Below are positions 29,268 through 37,998 of a stretch of 64,000 bases of DNA, in pieces. A model generated the notes under the pieces. It searched no databases. It was not told where the DNA came from and saw nothing but the letters and a program-made list of their open reading frames with translations. Each line of letters starts with the position of its first letter. Within the stretch, counting starts at the first letter, position 1. The stretch is from Verrucomicrobiaceae bacterium (GTDB lineage: Bacteria > Pseudomonadota > Gammaproteobacteria > Pseudomonadales > CAMLJR01). Where the stretch lies: positions 237,151-301,150 of the forward strand of contig JAQGNY010000010.1 in the NCBI GenBank assembly GCA_028293825.1, given 5' to 3'. A program made the position numbers and the translations under genes.

Positions 29268-29887
29268 AGTTACTGCTTCATTCTGAAAAGTTAATTGGAT
29301 TCAATTATCGGTTGGTGCTGCATTTGCGCACGAAAATTGAGAGCCACGGTATTGAAGTAACGCCACTGTCGCAAGGGCAACGGCGGCTGAGTTTTAAAAT
29401 CCACGCAGTTTACTTGCACTATGGTGCGGTCGGTATGCCATTCGCACTATCGACAGTCAGCTTTTTAATCCTATGTATCAAAAATCATCCTTCTTGTTGA
29501 GTCATCCTTAGTTCCATAAATTTGAACGTCACGAGCCGACATTTATTCTCATCTGTTGTCGCGCTGTCCAGTGCTTATTTATTCAGATAGATCTGTGATT
29601 TACTGCGCTTAATCGAATTGTTCGAAACCGATATCGAGGATTGTCGCGACGGAATACCCGTTGCCAATAAGTTTGGTTGCGAATTTATTGGTGCCGGAGA
29701 TTCACCGGCGGCATGACTCGAGTTGCATCTGTCCGATGGATATAGCGAAACAGGAAGCACCGTGCGTAGCAAAGCTGATGAGCGATGCTTGATAATTCTC
29801 TTGCGCAGTAAAAATGGATTTTTATTTAATGAAGTACTTTTATTAAAAGCTGAACCTCATAAAAAATCCAACTAACGGAGAGACATA

Positions 29888-30403
29888 ATGGTAGATCTGG
29901 CGGATTTCACTCTTAGCGAAACTAAAAAAGCAGAAGTATGTGCGCACCTAACCTCGCGTCAGGCACAGCGTGCACGTGCCTGGATCGCGTTGCAGGAAAC
30001 GTTGAATCGCGGCGAGTTCGATGAGCGTATGGATAATTTCTTCGATCCGAATTTTACCTACGGTAATCCGAGTCGCCCCGATCTGGGCAGTTATGCCTCG
30101 TGGAAAACATCGCCGGCTACGCTTTACAAAGTATTTCCGCCCAGTGCGTATCGTACCTTAGCGGTAACTGCGCGTGGTGATGATGAAATATGGGTGTATT
30201 GTCACCACCACGGCAAGCAAACCGGCGGCCGCTACATGGGCGTCGAACCGCAGGGTCAGGAAATTAACGTCGAGTGGTTTTCCATTGTGACCTTCAACGG
30301 CGAAAAAATTCTGCGGATTTTCAGTATCGCCGATGTGCTCGGTATGTTTATTTCGGTAGGCGCGATCGACAAAAGCAAATTGCCGGTTGATCCGTATAAA
30401 TAA
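29888..30403 (+). CDS. SnoaL-like / ester-cyclase (NTF2-fold) protein
   Basis: FDPNFTYGNP...VFPPSAY...GKQTGGRYMGVEPQGQEINVEWFSIVTFNGEKI matches the ester-cyclase pattern. GGAGAG RBS. Confidence 0.65.
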   Translation: MVDLADFTLSETKKAEVCAHLTSRQAQRARAWIALQETLNRGEFDERMDNFFDPNFTYGNPSRPDLGSYASWKTSPATLYKVFPPSAYRTLAVTARGDDEIWVYCHHHGKQTGGRYMGVEPQGQEINVEWFSIVTFNGEKILRIFSIADVLGMFISVGAIDKSKLPVDPYK

Positions 30404-30604
30404 GTCACGATATTTTAATACAACCTAGTGAATTCGATCTTGATAATGGGTTTTGCAGATGATTGAAAATAATGAGCTGCAAATGGATTGGCGATTAATT
30501 TTTAGGCTGCACAGATTTTTTATCGCGTGCTTTTTATTTTTTAAATAGTAAATTCGGCTAAATACGTTTAACTCAACAAATCATAAAATTCGAGGAGCGG
30601 CACA

Positions 30605-31426
30605 GTGACAGTATCGGCGGGAAGATTGGCGGGCAAAGTAGCGATCATTACCGGCGCCAGTGCCGGTATCGGCGCGGAAACGGCTATTCAGTTTGCCGCA
30701 CACGGCGCCAAGGTGGTTGCGGTCGGTCGCAGTGTCGAGCGCGTGCAACCGATTGTCGATCAAATCAAGGCCAGCGGTGGCGAAGCGTTAGCGGTCGCAG
30801 CCGATATCGGCGATGAAGCGCAAATTATTGCGCTGGTTGAAAAAACCATCGCGATTTACGGTCGCATCGATGTGCTCGACAATAATGCGGCACTGACCGA
30901 TGCGGCTACCATGTCGCTCGACGGCAAAATTGCAGAAATGGATTCGGCGGTTTGGGATCGTGTGCTCGCGGTTAATCTGCGCGGCCCGATGCTATGTTGC
31001 AAATACGTGTTGCCGCATATGCTCAAGCAGGGTGGCGGTTCAATCATTCTGACCGGCTCTGGTAAAGGCACGGAGGGCGATCTCGGTCAGTCCGCATACG
31101 GCGCATCAAAAGCTGCATTAATTAATTTGACGCAGAATCTGGCGACGCAATACGGCAAAGACGGCATTCGCGCCAACATCATGATTATCGGTTTGGTAAT
31201 GACGGAGGGGTTGAATAAAAACTTTCCACCAGCGCTGCAAACATTAATGATTAGCCATCACTTGACACCGTACCTCGGCAAGCCGCGTCATATTGCAGAT
31301 ACTGCTGTTTTTCTCGCGTCGGATGAATCGGCATTCGTCACCGGTCATTCTTTATATGTCGATGGTGGTTTTACCGCGCATTCGCCCGCTGTTGCGGATA
31401 TTCGAAAAATGATTTCTCCACATTGA
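30605..31426 (+). CDS. Short-chain dehydrogenase/reductase (SDR)
   Basis: ITGASAGIG motif and YGASKAA catalytic motif. GTG start with a GAGGAG RBS. Confidence 0.88.
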   Translation: MTVSAGRLAGKVAIITGASAGIGAETAIQFAAHGAKVVAVGRSVERVQPIVDQIKASGGEALAVAADIGDEAQIIALVEKTIAIYGRIDVLDNNAALTDAATMSLDGKIAEMDSAVWDRVLAVNLRGPMLCCKYVLPHMLKQGGGSIILTGSGKGTEGDLGQSAYGASKAALINLTQNLATQYGKDGIRANIMIIGLVMTEGLNKNFPPALQTLMISHHLTPYLGKPRHIADTAVFLASDESAFVTGHSLYVDGGFTAHSPAVADIRKMISPH

Positions 31427-31702
31427 TTGTATCGAGCGCTTGAAAGATTCAAAGTCATTCAGCGCATTTACACAGACGTGACCGCTCCTCATGATCAGAT
31501 CGCGCACTACGAACAATTCGTTTCGCGATTTAAAATTAATGTATCGATTCATATGTTCAAGTATTTCATGCAGCAAATTGTATTAACGATTAAAAAAATA
31601 TTGTGCGAGCGCATTATGGAACGGCAGTCATTGCTATTTTTTTAAAGCCCAGTGATCTAATACGCTGACTGCTCGCAACTAGTCTTGGCTTGAATTCATC
31701 CT

Positions 31703-32056
31703 ATGAAAAAGAAGATTGACTGCGTTGGTTCTTTAGATGGCGGCGATGTATTAATGCGCGATGGGGTCCGTTCCGTGGTTTCGTTGATCGGCGGCAAATG
31801 GAAGCTTGAAATTTTATGGCTGTTGAATCAACGGCTGCATCGTTTTAATGAACTGCGGCGCGCGATCCCCGGCGTAACTCAGCATATGTTGACGGTGCAA
31901 TTGCGCGAACTGGAAGCGGATGGATTGGTGCGGCGAACGATATACGCGGAAGTGCCGCCGCGCGTTGAATATGAGATCACCGAAGAGTCGCGCAGTCTGC
32001 AGCCGGTATTCGATGAGATCAGAATGTGGGCCCATGCGCGCCAGCTGAAAAAATGA
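31703..32056 (+). CDS. HxlR-family winged-helix transcriptional regulator
   Basis: GGKWKLEILWLL...RFNELRRAIPGVTQHMLTVQLRELEADGLVRR...PPRVEYEIT. Confidence 0.88.
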   Translation: MKKKIDCVGSLDGGDVLMRDGVRSVVSLIGGKWKLEILWLLNQRLHRFNELRRAIPGVTQHMLTVQLRELEADGLVRRTIYAEVPPRVEYEITEESRSLQPVFDEIRMWAHARQLKK

Positions 32057-32260
32057 GCTGGGTTGTTAAATGATAGTTCCGCGATGGAGTTTTGGAACTT
32101 AGCTACTGCGTGGAACTAACGCGAATTTACCTGTCTTAGGAAATTCATGTGCGGTTTTTGCTTTTCTAACGTAATCGCTTGCCCGCGCTAGCGTTGAAAG
32201 TTGGTTGTCAGATAATAGGTATAAGATCGCTCCTAGACTTGGCGTTAGGGTCCATCCATC

Positions 32261-32908
32261 GTGCGCGATTTAGTAATAGGCGATATCCACGGTTACAGTA
32301 CTGCATTGGAGAGCGTGCTGGCTGTCGTCAAACCCGACAAAAACGATCGCATCACTTTCCTGGGCGATTACATCGATCGCGGCCCCGATAGCTGCAAGGT
32401 GCTCGATATCTTGATGCGCTTAGGCAAGCGCACGACGACTCGCTTTCTGCAGGGCAATCATGAACGCTTTCTGCTGACTAGCATTGCCGATCCGAGCATG
32501 GAGTCGACCTGGACTAAATACGGCGGCGCATCCTCGCTGAAATCATTCGCGGTTAAACATGCCGCCGAAGTGCCGCGCAGTTACCTGCAGTTTCTCGAAG
32601 GTCATCCATTGTGGATCGAAGATGAAAACTTCATCTTCGTTCACGCTGGCGTAAACCCGAGGAAACCGATGGAGCGTCAGACTGAAGAAGACTTGTTATG
32701 GACGCATCTGAAAGTGCCGCCCTGGCATTATTCGGGAAAAACCGTGGTGTGCGGTCATACCTATGTTGAGCGCCCGGTACTCACTGCAAAATGTTGTCAA
32801 ATCGATACGGGAATTGCGCGCGGTGGTTGGCTGACTTGCGTTAATTTAAACGATTATTCGTTTGTGCAAGCCGACGCAAAAGGTACTGCTCGCGAAAGTC
32901 GCGCTTAG
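32261..32908 (+). CDS. PPP-family metallophosphoesterase (Ser/Thr protein phosphatase 1/lambda-PP-like)
   Basis: GDIHG, GDYIDRGPDS, GNHE, VHAG and CGHT metal-binding motifs in canonical order. GTG start. Confidence 0.85.
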   Translation: MRDLVIGDIHGYSTALESVLAVVKPDKNDRITFLGDYIDRGPDSCKVLDILMRLGKRTTTRFLQGNHERFLLTSIADPSMESTWTKYGGASSLKSFAVKHAAEVPRSYLQFLEGHPLWIEDENFIFVHAGVNPRKPMERQTEEDLLWTHLKVPPWHYSGKTVVCGHTYVERPVLTAKCCQIDTGIARGGWLTCVNLNDYSFVQADAKGTARESRA

Positions 32909-32925
32909 TTTGCGTGCAGCCGCGG

Positions 32926-33567
32926 TTACGATGACATCAGGTCGAAATGAAAGCCAATCGTTAAACACAGAAAGGCGATTATTTTTACCGCTGTGTTGAG
33001 CGTTGGTAGAGCAAGTACCCAGGCCAGCGGTTTTATGATTATCAATGCCAGCAGTCCGGTGATGCATAAAATTAAGAAAGACGATACCGCAGCAATCACC
33101 GGTGCAATCAGCAGCTGCAAAACATAAATCAAAATAAACGCCAGTAATAAATTCAACCACCAGGTCGCGATGGGTGAATATATCCATGCGAACGTTACGG
33201 TAATTAACGACAGTAGCGTTGAGAGATAGAGTAACGGTTCACCGCGAATTTCCTGCCACGTAATTTTTCTCTCACGCACCGCCGCCGCTCTATCGTGCGG
33301 AAAGTAAAAATGATGCAGCCATCCAGATACATTGGCCAATCGAGCGCGTATATCTTTTACAGTGATCAATGCGAGCAAGTACGTACTGGCCTCTCGAATC
33401 CGATCGGGTCCGATTATTTCCAGAATAACTGTCGCACCGCCAATAAACTCCGCAATTTTTCCGGCGCGACCGAGCCATAAAATAGAAAGACCCCATAGTG
33501 TTGCATTGCTGAGTTGAGCGCCGGTGCGCCATTGTTCCCATGCTTGAATCCAGTTCAAATCAGCCAT
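32926..33567 (-). CDS. Hypothetical multi-TM membrane protein (213 aa)
   Basis: ATG with a GGGGA RBS. A soluble-looking N-terminal ~110 aa is followed by about four hydrophobic helices. No recognised family. Confidence 0.55.
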   Translation of the reverse strand: MADLNWIQAWEQWRTGAQLSNATLWGLSILWLGRAGKIAEFIGGATVILEIIGPDRIREASTYLLALITVKDIRARLANVSGWLHHFYFPHDRAAAVRERKITWQEIRGEPLLYLSTLLSLITVTFAWIYSPIATWWLNLLLAFILIYVLQLLIAPVIAAVSSFLILCITGLLALIIIKPLAWVLALPTLNTAVKIIAFLCLTIGFHFDLMSS

Positions 33568-34060
33568 AGGATCCCCAAAAATAATTTTATGTAATTATTT
33601 TTCTAACTATTTTAATTTTTAACTTGCAGTCTTTCGACAGCAACTGCTGATGGTTTTTCGGCTCATTATTTAATCAGGCAAATAATTAGCTAAAGCACGC
33701 TGAGTTTTAAGCGCAGATTTAAAAAAGACGCGGCACCTTTTCGTATAATCAGTGCCATCTCGGATAAATTGTAATTTGCGCTGTTTTCTTAGCAATGCTT
33801 ACGTTGAGTTATTAGTTACATACGTCTTAATTTTGCAACATCCGCATCAAATACTCGTTAGAAAGCGTTTCTCTTTTATTTTTTGCTGAATTTTTTATTA
33901 AGCGCTGACATATTGAGTTTTTTCGCTGTCAGAAATACAGATGATTTCTTTGCGGCGCGATTCGTGCAGTGCCTCGCAAGAGAAAAATCGATTCAGGCAA
34001 AAAATTTTTTCTACGTAAAAAATTCTCGGGCGCAAAAGCCATAATTTAAATGAGGTATTT

Positions 34061-34576
34061 ATGACGATTGTTAGTTTCGATGCGCCGCTCCCTGTTGATC
34101 TATCCGCACTGGGTATATGGCCCCAAAAGATTGGCGAGTTTGCGATTGCCTTCGGTGCACTGGAAGCTGAGACGGTCCGCTATTTACGTCTTTTGGAGAC
34201 GTTCGGCGAACAGGTCGAGTCAGTGCTGTTTCAATCCTTTAATGCCCGCGTCGATTATATTGTTATTGCCATTCATCGCCATTATTTGCTGGCTGCGGAT
34301 GACGCTGAATTATTTGCGCAGACTTGGGCGCAAGCACAACAGCTCGCGGATTGGCGCGATCGCTTGACGCATTTTCGTCTCGAATTTAAATGGAGCGAGG
34401 AGGCTGATCGAGCAGGGCCGCCGAATCGATTGCAGGCTGTTGAGGATGTCACCGGCAACAATGTCGATGCGACGGTGGAGCTCGATCTCGTCAATTTGGA
34501 AGAGCTTATCGCGCGTGCCGGCACACTTGCCTTTAAGTTGTACCGATGGGACGAGGAGTTTGTAAAGAGTAAGTGA
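34061..34576 (+). CDS. Hypothetical protein (171 aa) with an Rx4H HEPN-like motif
   Basis: ATG with a GAGG RBS. Helix-rich sequence; RDRLTH at residues 99-104 (nt 34355-34372). No other recognised family. Confidence 0.55.
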   Translation: MTIVSFDAPLPVDLSALGIWPQKIGEFAIAFGALEAETVRYLRLLETFGEQVESVLFQSFNARVDYIVIAIHRHYLLAADDAELFAQTWAQAQQLADWRDRLTHFRLEFKWSEEADRAGPPNRLQAVEDVTGNNVDATVELDLVNLEELIARAGTLAFKLYRWDEEFVKSK

Positions 34577-34865
34577 TGACAATCTATACGCAGCTATTAA
34601 CCGATTTTTAAGTTATTGGCATTAATCGCGCGTAACGCATTAACTAGCGAACTGTGCCGATCACTAGGGCGTATATGGCGTTCTATCTGCCCAATTTGCG
34701 ATGCGTTAGTATTGGCGATGATTGGTAATCGGCGCGATGCTCTGTTTTGTGTTGGACCTGAAACAATCAAGGGATCACAGCGGTTGGTAAAAGACCATTG
34801 GTCAGAGCGGAGGCCCATGGGTTTGTGTGAGAAACGTAACGCCGCTAACAAAGGATCGTAACGTT

Positions 34866-35354
34866 ATGGAACAAAACATCCACAGTTTCGCCGTGGGCGC
34901 CTCCCTTGTACGCGGCACATTCGCCGCTTTTCTTGTTAAATTTCGCTTAGATGATAACAACGAGTTATTAACCGCATGGAGTAGGGCCCAATTGCCTGGA
35001 TTATTGCGGATTTGTTTAGACTATCAGCAGGAGCTTTTAAGTCGAGGCGTTGTGTTCAATACGTTCCCTATCGAACGTATTCTTCGCGAAGAAGCTCCGC
35101 AGTTTACCAAACGGGACGTGGAGCACTTGCCGATTGCGTCTATTGTAGAAAATGTCTCCAGCGTTCTTCGCAGCGACCAAAAATTAATTTTTACTTTCAA
35201 GCGCGCAACAGTCGCACAACCTGAGTTGGTCGTGCTGGCGCCAAATCAATGTAGCCTGTTGATCGGCTCAATCAGTCAGGTACAGGAAGAGTATGACGAC
35301 GCGTGGATTTCGGATACCTCCACAAGCGGTCAGTATCAATATTCAGCGATTTAA
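34866..35354 (+). CDS. Hypothetical protein (162 aa)
   Basis: ORF with ATG 34866 (AAGGA about 10 nt upstream; GTG 34827 is an alternative). No recognised motif. Confidence 0.5.
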   Translation: MEQNIHSFAVGASLVRGTFAAFLVKFRLDDNNELLTAWSRAQLPGLLRICLDYQQELLSRGVVFNTFPIERILREEAPQFTKRDVEHLPIASIVENVSSVLRSDQKLIFTFKRATVAQPELVVLAPNQCSLLIGSISQVQEEYDDAWISDTSTSGQYQYSAI

Positions 35355-35727
35355 GTCACGTTAATTTATTACTGCGGATGGCATTTTTGAAAATTGTATA
35401 AAATCCGGTTAAATGTTCGCTCTGCAAAAAATCGACACTCGCAGTATTCGCTTCTGCATATAACGCTGCGGTCGAACTCGAAGTAATTGTAAAAATAATA
35501 ATTATCGGGCGAGTTAAAAAATAAATTGCTGCTAATTCATTAGCGGTGAGTTTTGTCGCGCACTTTAATTCATACCGCTGCTCTTTCAGTTCATGTCTAA
35601 CGTTTTTTAGTTAGCCGATAAATCCTGACTGCTTCTAATAACACTTTTTCTCTTTGCTTGATTCCGGTGTGTATTGAGCTTGCTGTTTGGTGCGCTTGGA
35701 AAGGCAAAAAAACTATTCGTCGCAAAA

Positions 35728-35745
35728 CCGTCACGCTCCTGTCAC
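35728..35745 (+). promoter_or_regulatory. Pho box (PhoB binding site) upstream of pstS
   Basis: CCGTCAC-GCTC-CTGTCAC: two 7-bp direct repeats with a 4-bp spacer, matching the CTGTCAT-N4-CTGTCAT consensus, about 160 nt upstream of the pstS ATG. Confidence 0.55.
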
Positions 35746-35905
35746 ATAAGCCTCTTAGTCTCGCAGCCTATCGATTATCGCCGCCTTTAAAGGTGCGCGA
35801 ATGCAAGGCATGGACGCGATGCAATAAGTAACTTCTGAAGTTGCAGAACCAGTGCAGTGCCGATAACCATTCCAACTACTTGCTCGACAAAGGGGATTTT
35901 TCACA

Positions 35906-36931
35906 ATGAAGAACACTGTTTTCTCTCGCCTGAAATTGCATGTTGCCGCCGCAGGCGTGGCATCGATGCTAATGACCAGCGCTTTTGCCGCCGACATTAC
36001 CGGTGCGGGCTCGACCTTCGTTTATCCGATCCTGTCGAAATGGTCGACCACCTATAACGCCAAGACCGGTAGCAAAATTAATTACCAATCGATCGGCTCC
36101 GGCGGCGGTATTGCGCAGATTAAAGCCGGCACCGTAACCTTCGGTGCCTCCGATAAACCATTGCCGCCGGAAGAGTTAAAAGAGGCTGGTCTGGTTCAAT
36201 TTCCTATCGTCATCGGTGGCGTCGTACCGGTGGTGAATTTGGAGGTCGCCAAAGCAGGCGACATGCGTTTTAGCGGCCCGGTATTGGCGGATATTTTTCT
36301 CGGCAAGATCGAGAAGTGGAACGATCCGGCGATTGCTGCACTTAATCCCAGCCTGAGCTTGCCCGACCAGAAAATCACCATCGTGCATCGCTCGGACGGC
36401 TCCGGCACCACGTTCAACTGGGTTAATTATTTGTCCAAAGTCAGTGACGAATGGAAGACCAAAGTGGGCGAGGGCACTTCGGTTAATTGGCCGGTCGGTG
36501 TAGGCGGTAAAGGCAATGAAGGCGTGGCTGCATACGTCAATCAGATCAAAGGTTCGATCGGTTATGTCGAGCTCGCTTATGCGATGCAAAACAAAATGAA
36601 ATACACCGAAGTTAAAAACAAAGCGGGCAATTTCGTCGATCCATCGCTGGCAACATTCCAGGCCGCTGCTGCAAACGCGGAATGGAAAGCGCAGGACTTC
36701 TTCGAAGTTATCACTGACGCTGCCGGTAAAGACTCTTGGCCAATCACCGCGTCGGTATTCGTGATGATGTACAAGCAGCCGAAAGAAGCGACGACTTCAG
36801 CCGATGCGTTGAAGTTTTTCAAATGGGCGCTGAACGAAGGCCAAGCTGACGCCAAAGAGCTGGACTATGTGGCATTGCCTGCTCCTCTCGTCAAACAAAT
36901 CGAAGCTTACTGGGCACAGAACATTAAGTAA
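35906..36931 (+). CDS. pstS: Phosphate ABC transporter substrate-binding protein PstS
   Basis: Signal peptide, ITGAGSTFVYP, YQSIGSGGG, RSDGSGTT motifs. Confidence 0.96.
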   Translation: MKNTVFSRLKLHVAAAGVASMLMTSAFAADITGAGSTFVYPILSKWSTTYNAKTGSKINYQSIGSGGGIAQIKAGTVTFGASDKPLPPEELKEAGLVQFPIVIGGVVPVVNLEVAKAGDMRFSGPVLADIFLGKIEKWNDPAIAALNPSLSLPDQKITIVHRSDGSGTTFNWVNYLSKVSDEWKTKVGEGTSVNWPVGVGGKGNEGVAAYVNQIKGSIGYVELAYAMQNKMKYTEVKNKAGNFVDPSLATFQAAAANAEWKAQDFFEVITDAAGKDSWPITASVFVMMYKQPKEATTSADALKFFKWALNEGQADAKELDYVALPAPLVKQIEAYWAQNIK

Positions 36932-36958
36932 GCCGCTTTTTATGTAGTTTCGTTGGGA

Positions 36959-36988
36959 GAAGCGACTGCCTTTCGGCGCAGCCGCTTC
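36959..36988 (+). terminator. Intercistronic hairpin between pstS and pstC (attenuator or mRNA-stabilising stem, no T-run)
   Basis: GAAGCGACTGCC-TTTC-GGCGCAGCCGCTTC forms an imperfect ~12-bp stem. Confidence 0.4.
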
Positions 36989-37008
36989 ATGCTTGTTGGG
37001 AGTCATTA

Positions 37009-37998
37009 ATGTCGCAGTCACACACTCTGCCGCTTAGCGATGCTTTGCCGCAGGATCCGCGCGAAGAGCGCGACCATTTTCACGATCGGTTATTTCGCTA
37101 CGCAGTGACCGGTTGCGCCACGTTCGTGCTTATCGCGTTGCTCGGCGCCGCGTTCTCCATGTTATGGGGCGGGCGCGAAGCGTTTTCCACGTTCGGGGTG
37201 CAGTTTTTATGGAGCGCCGATTGGGATGCGGTGCAGAAAAAATTCGGCGCGTTGGTGCCGATTTACGGCACGTTGGTTACCGCGTTAATCGCGATGATCA
37301 TTGCGGTGCCGGTCAGTTTTGGAATCGCTTTATTTTTAACGGAAATCGCACCGGCCTGGCTGCGCACGCCGGTAGCGGCGGCGATCGAATTACTCGCAGG
37401 GATTCCATCGATCATTTACGGCATGTGGGGTTTATTCGTGTTCGTGCCGTTTATGGCAGAGCACGTCGATCCTTGGCTGGATGAACATCTCGGCCCGCTC
37501 GCCATTGTCGGCCCGTTATTTCAGGGCGCGCCAATCGGCTTGGGCATGCTCACCGCGGGCATCGTGCTCGGCATCATGGTGATTCCATTTATTTCATCGG
37601 TAACGCGCGAAGTGTTCGTCACGGTACCGGTGCATCTGAAGGAATCCGCTTACGCAGTCGGCAATACGACGTGGGAAGTCGTGTGGGACATCGTGCTGCC
37701 GTATACGCGCTCTGCTGTTGTCGGCGGTATATTTTTAGGTCTGGGTCGCGCGCTGGGCGAAACCATGGCGGTGACGTTCGTACTCGGCAATTCACACCGC
37801 TTGACCGCTTCGTTATTGGAGCCGGGCAATTCGATTGCCGCGACCATCGCCAATGAGTTCACCGAAGCAGATTCGTCGGTGTATTTGTCCTCGCTGATTG
37901 CGCTGGGCTTTCTGCTGTTCATCGTCACCTTCATCGTGCTGGCAGTGGCGCGTTTGATGTTGAGCCAACTGGCACGGCGCGGCGGAACCACGTCATGA
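37009..37998 (+). CDS. pstC: Phosphate ABC transporter permease PstC
   Basis: Multi-TM permease with an EAA-like loop (LKESAYAVGNTTWEVVW). Its stop overlaps the pstA start (ATGA). Confidence 0.95.
   Translation: MSQSHTLPLSDALPQDPREERDHFHDRLFRYAVTGCATFVLIALLGAAFSMLWGGREAFSTFGVQFLWSADWDAVQKKFGALVPIYGTLVTALIAMIIAVPVSFGIALFLTEIAPAWLRTPVAAAIELLAGIPSIIYGMWGLFVFVPFMAEHVDPWLDEHLGPLAIVGPLFQGAPIGLGMLTAGIVLGIMVIPFISSVTREVFVTVPVHLKESAYAVGNTTWEVVWDIVLPYTRSAVVGGIFLGLGRALGETMAVTFVLGNSHRLTASLLEPGNSIAATIANEFTEADSSVYLSSLIALGFLLFIVTFIVLAVARLMLSQLARRGGTTS

Noticed and set aside
31352-31645. 72-aa (+, TTG start) and 74-aa (-) ORFs after the second SDR gene
   Set aside because: They overlap each other and the SDR 3' end. 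No motifs and no RBS. Treated as non-coding spacer upstream of hxlR.
35356-35604. ~82-codon open frame on the minus strand in the AT-rich spacer upstream of pstS (ends TGA near 35356)
   Set aside because: There is no ATG/GTG/TTG near its 5' end; a TAA lies just upstream and the first sense codons are CTA AAA AAC. It has no motifs and is absent from the ORF track. At most it is a decayed remnant.
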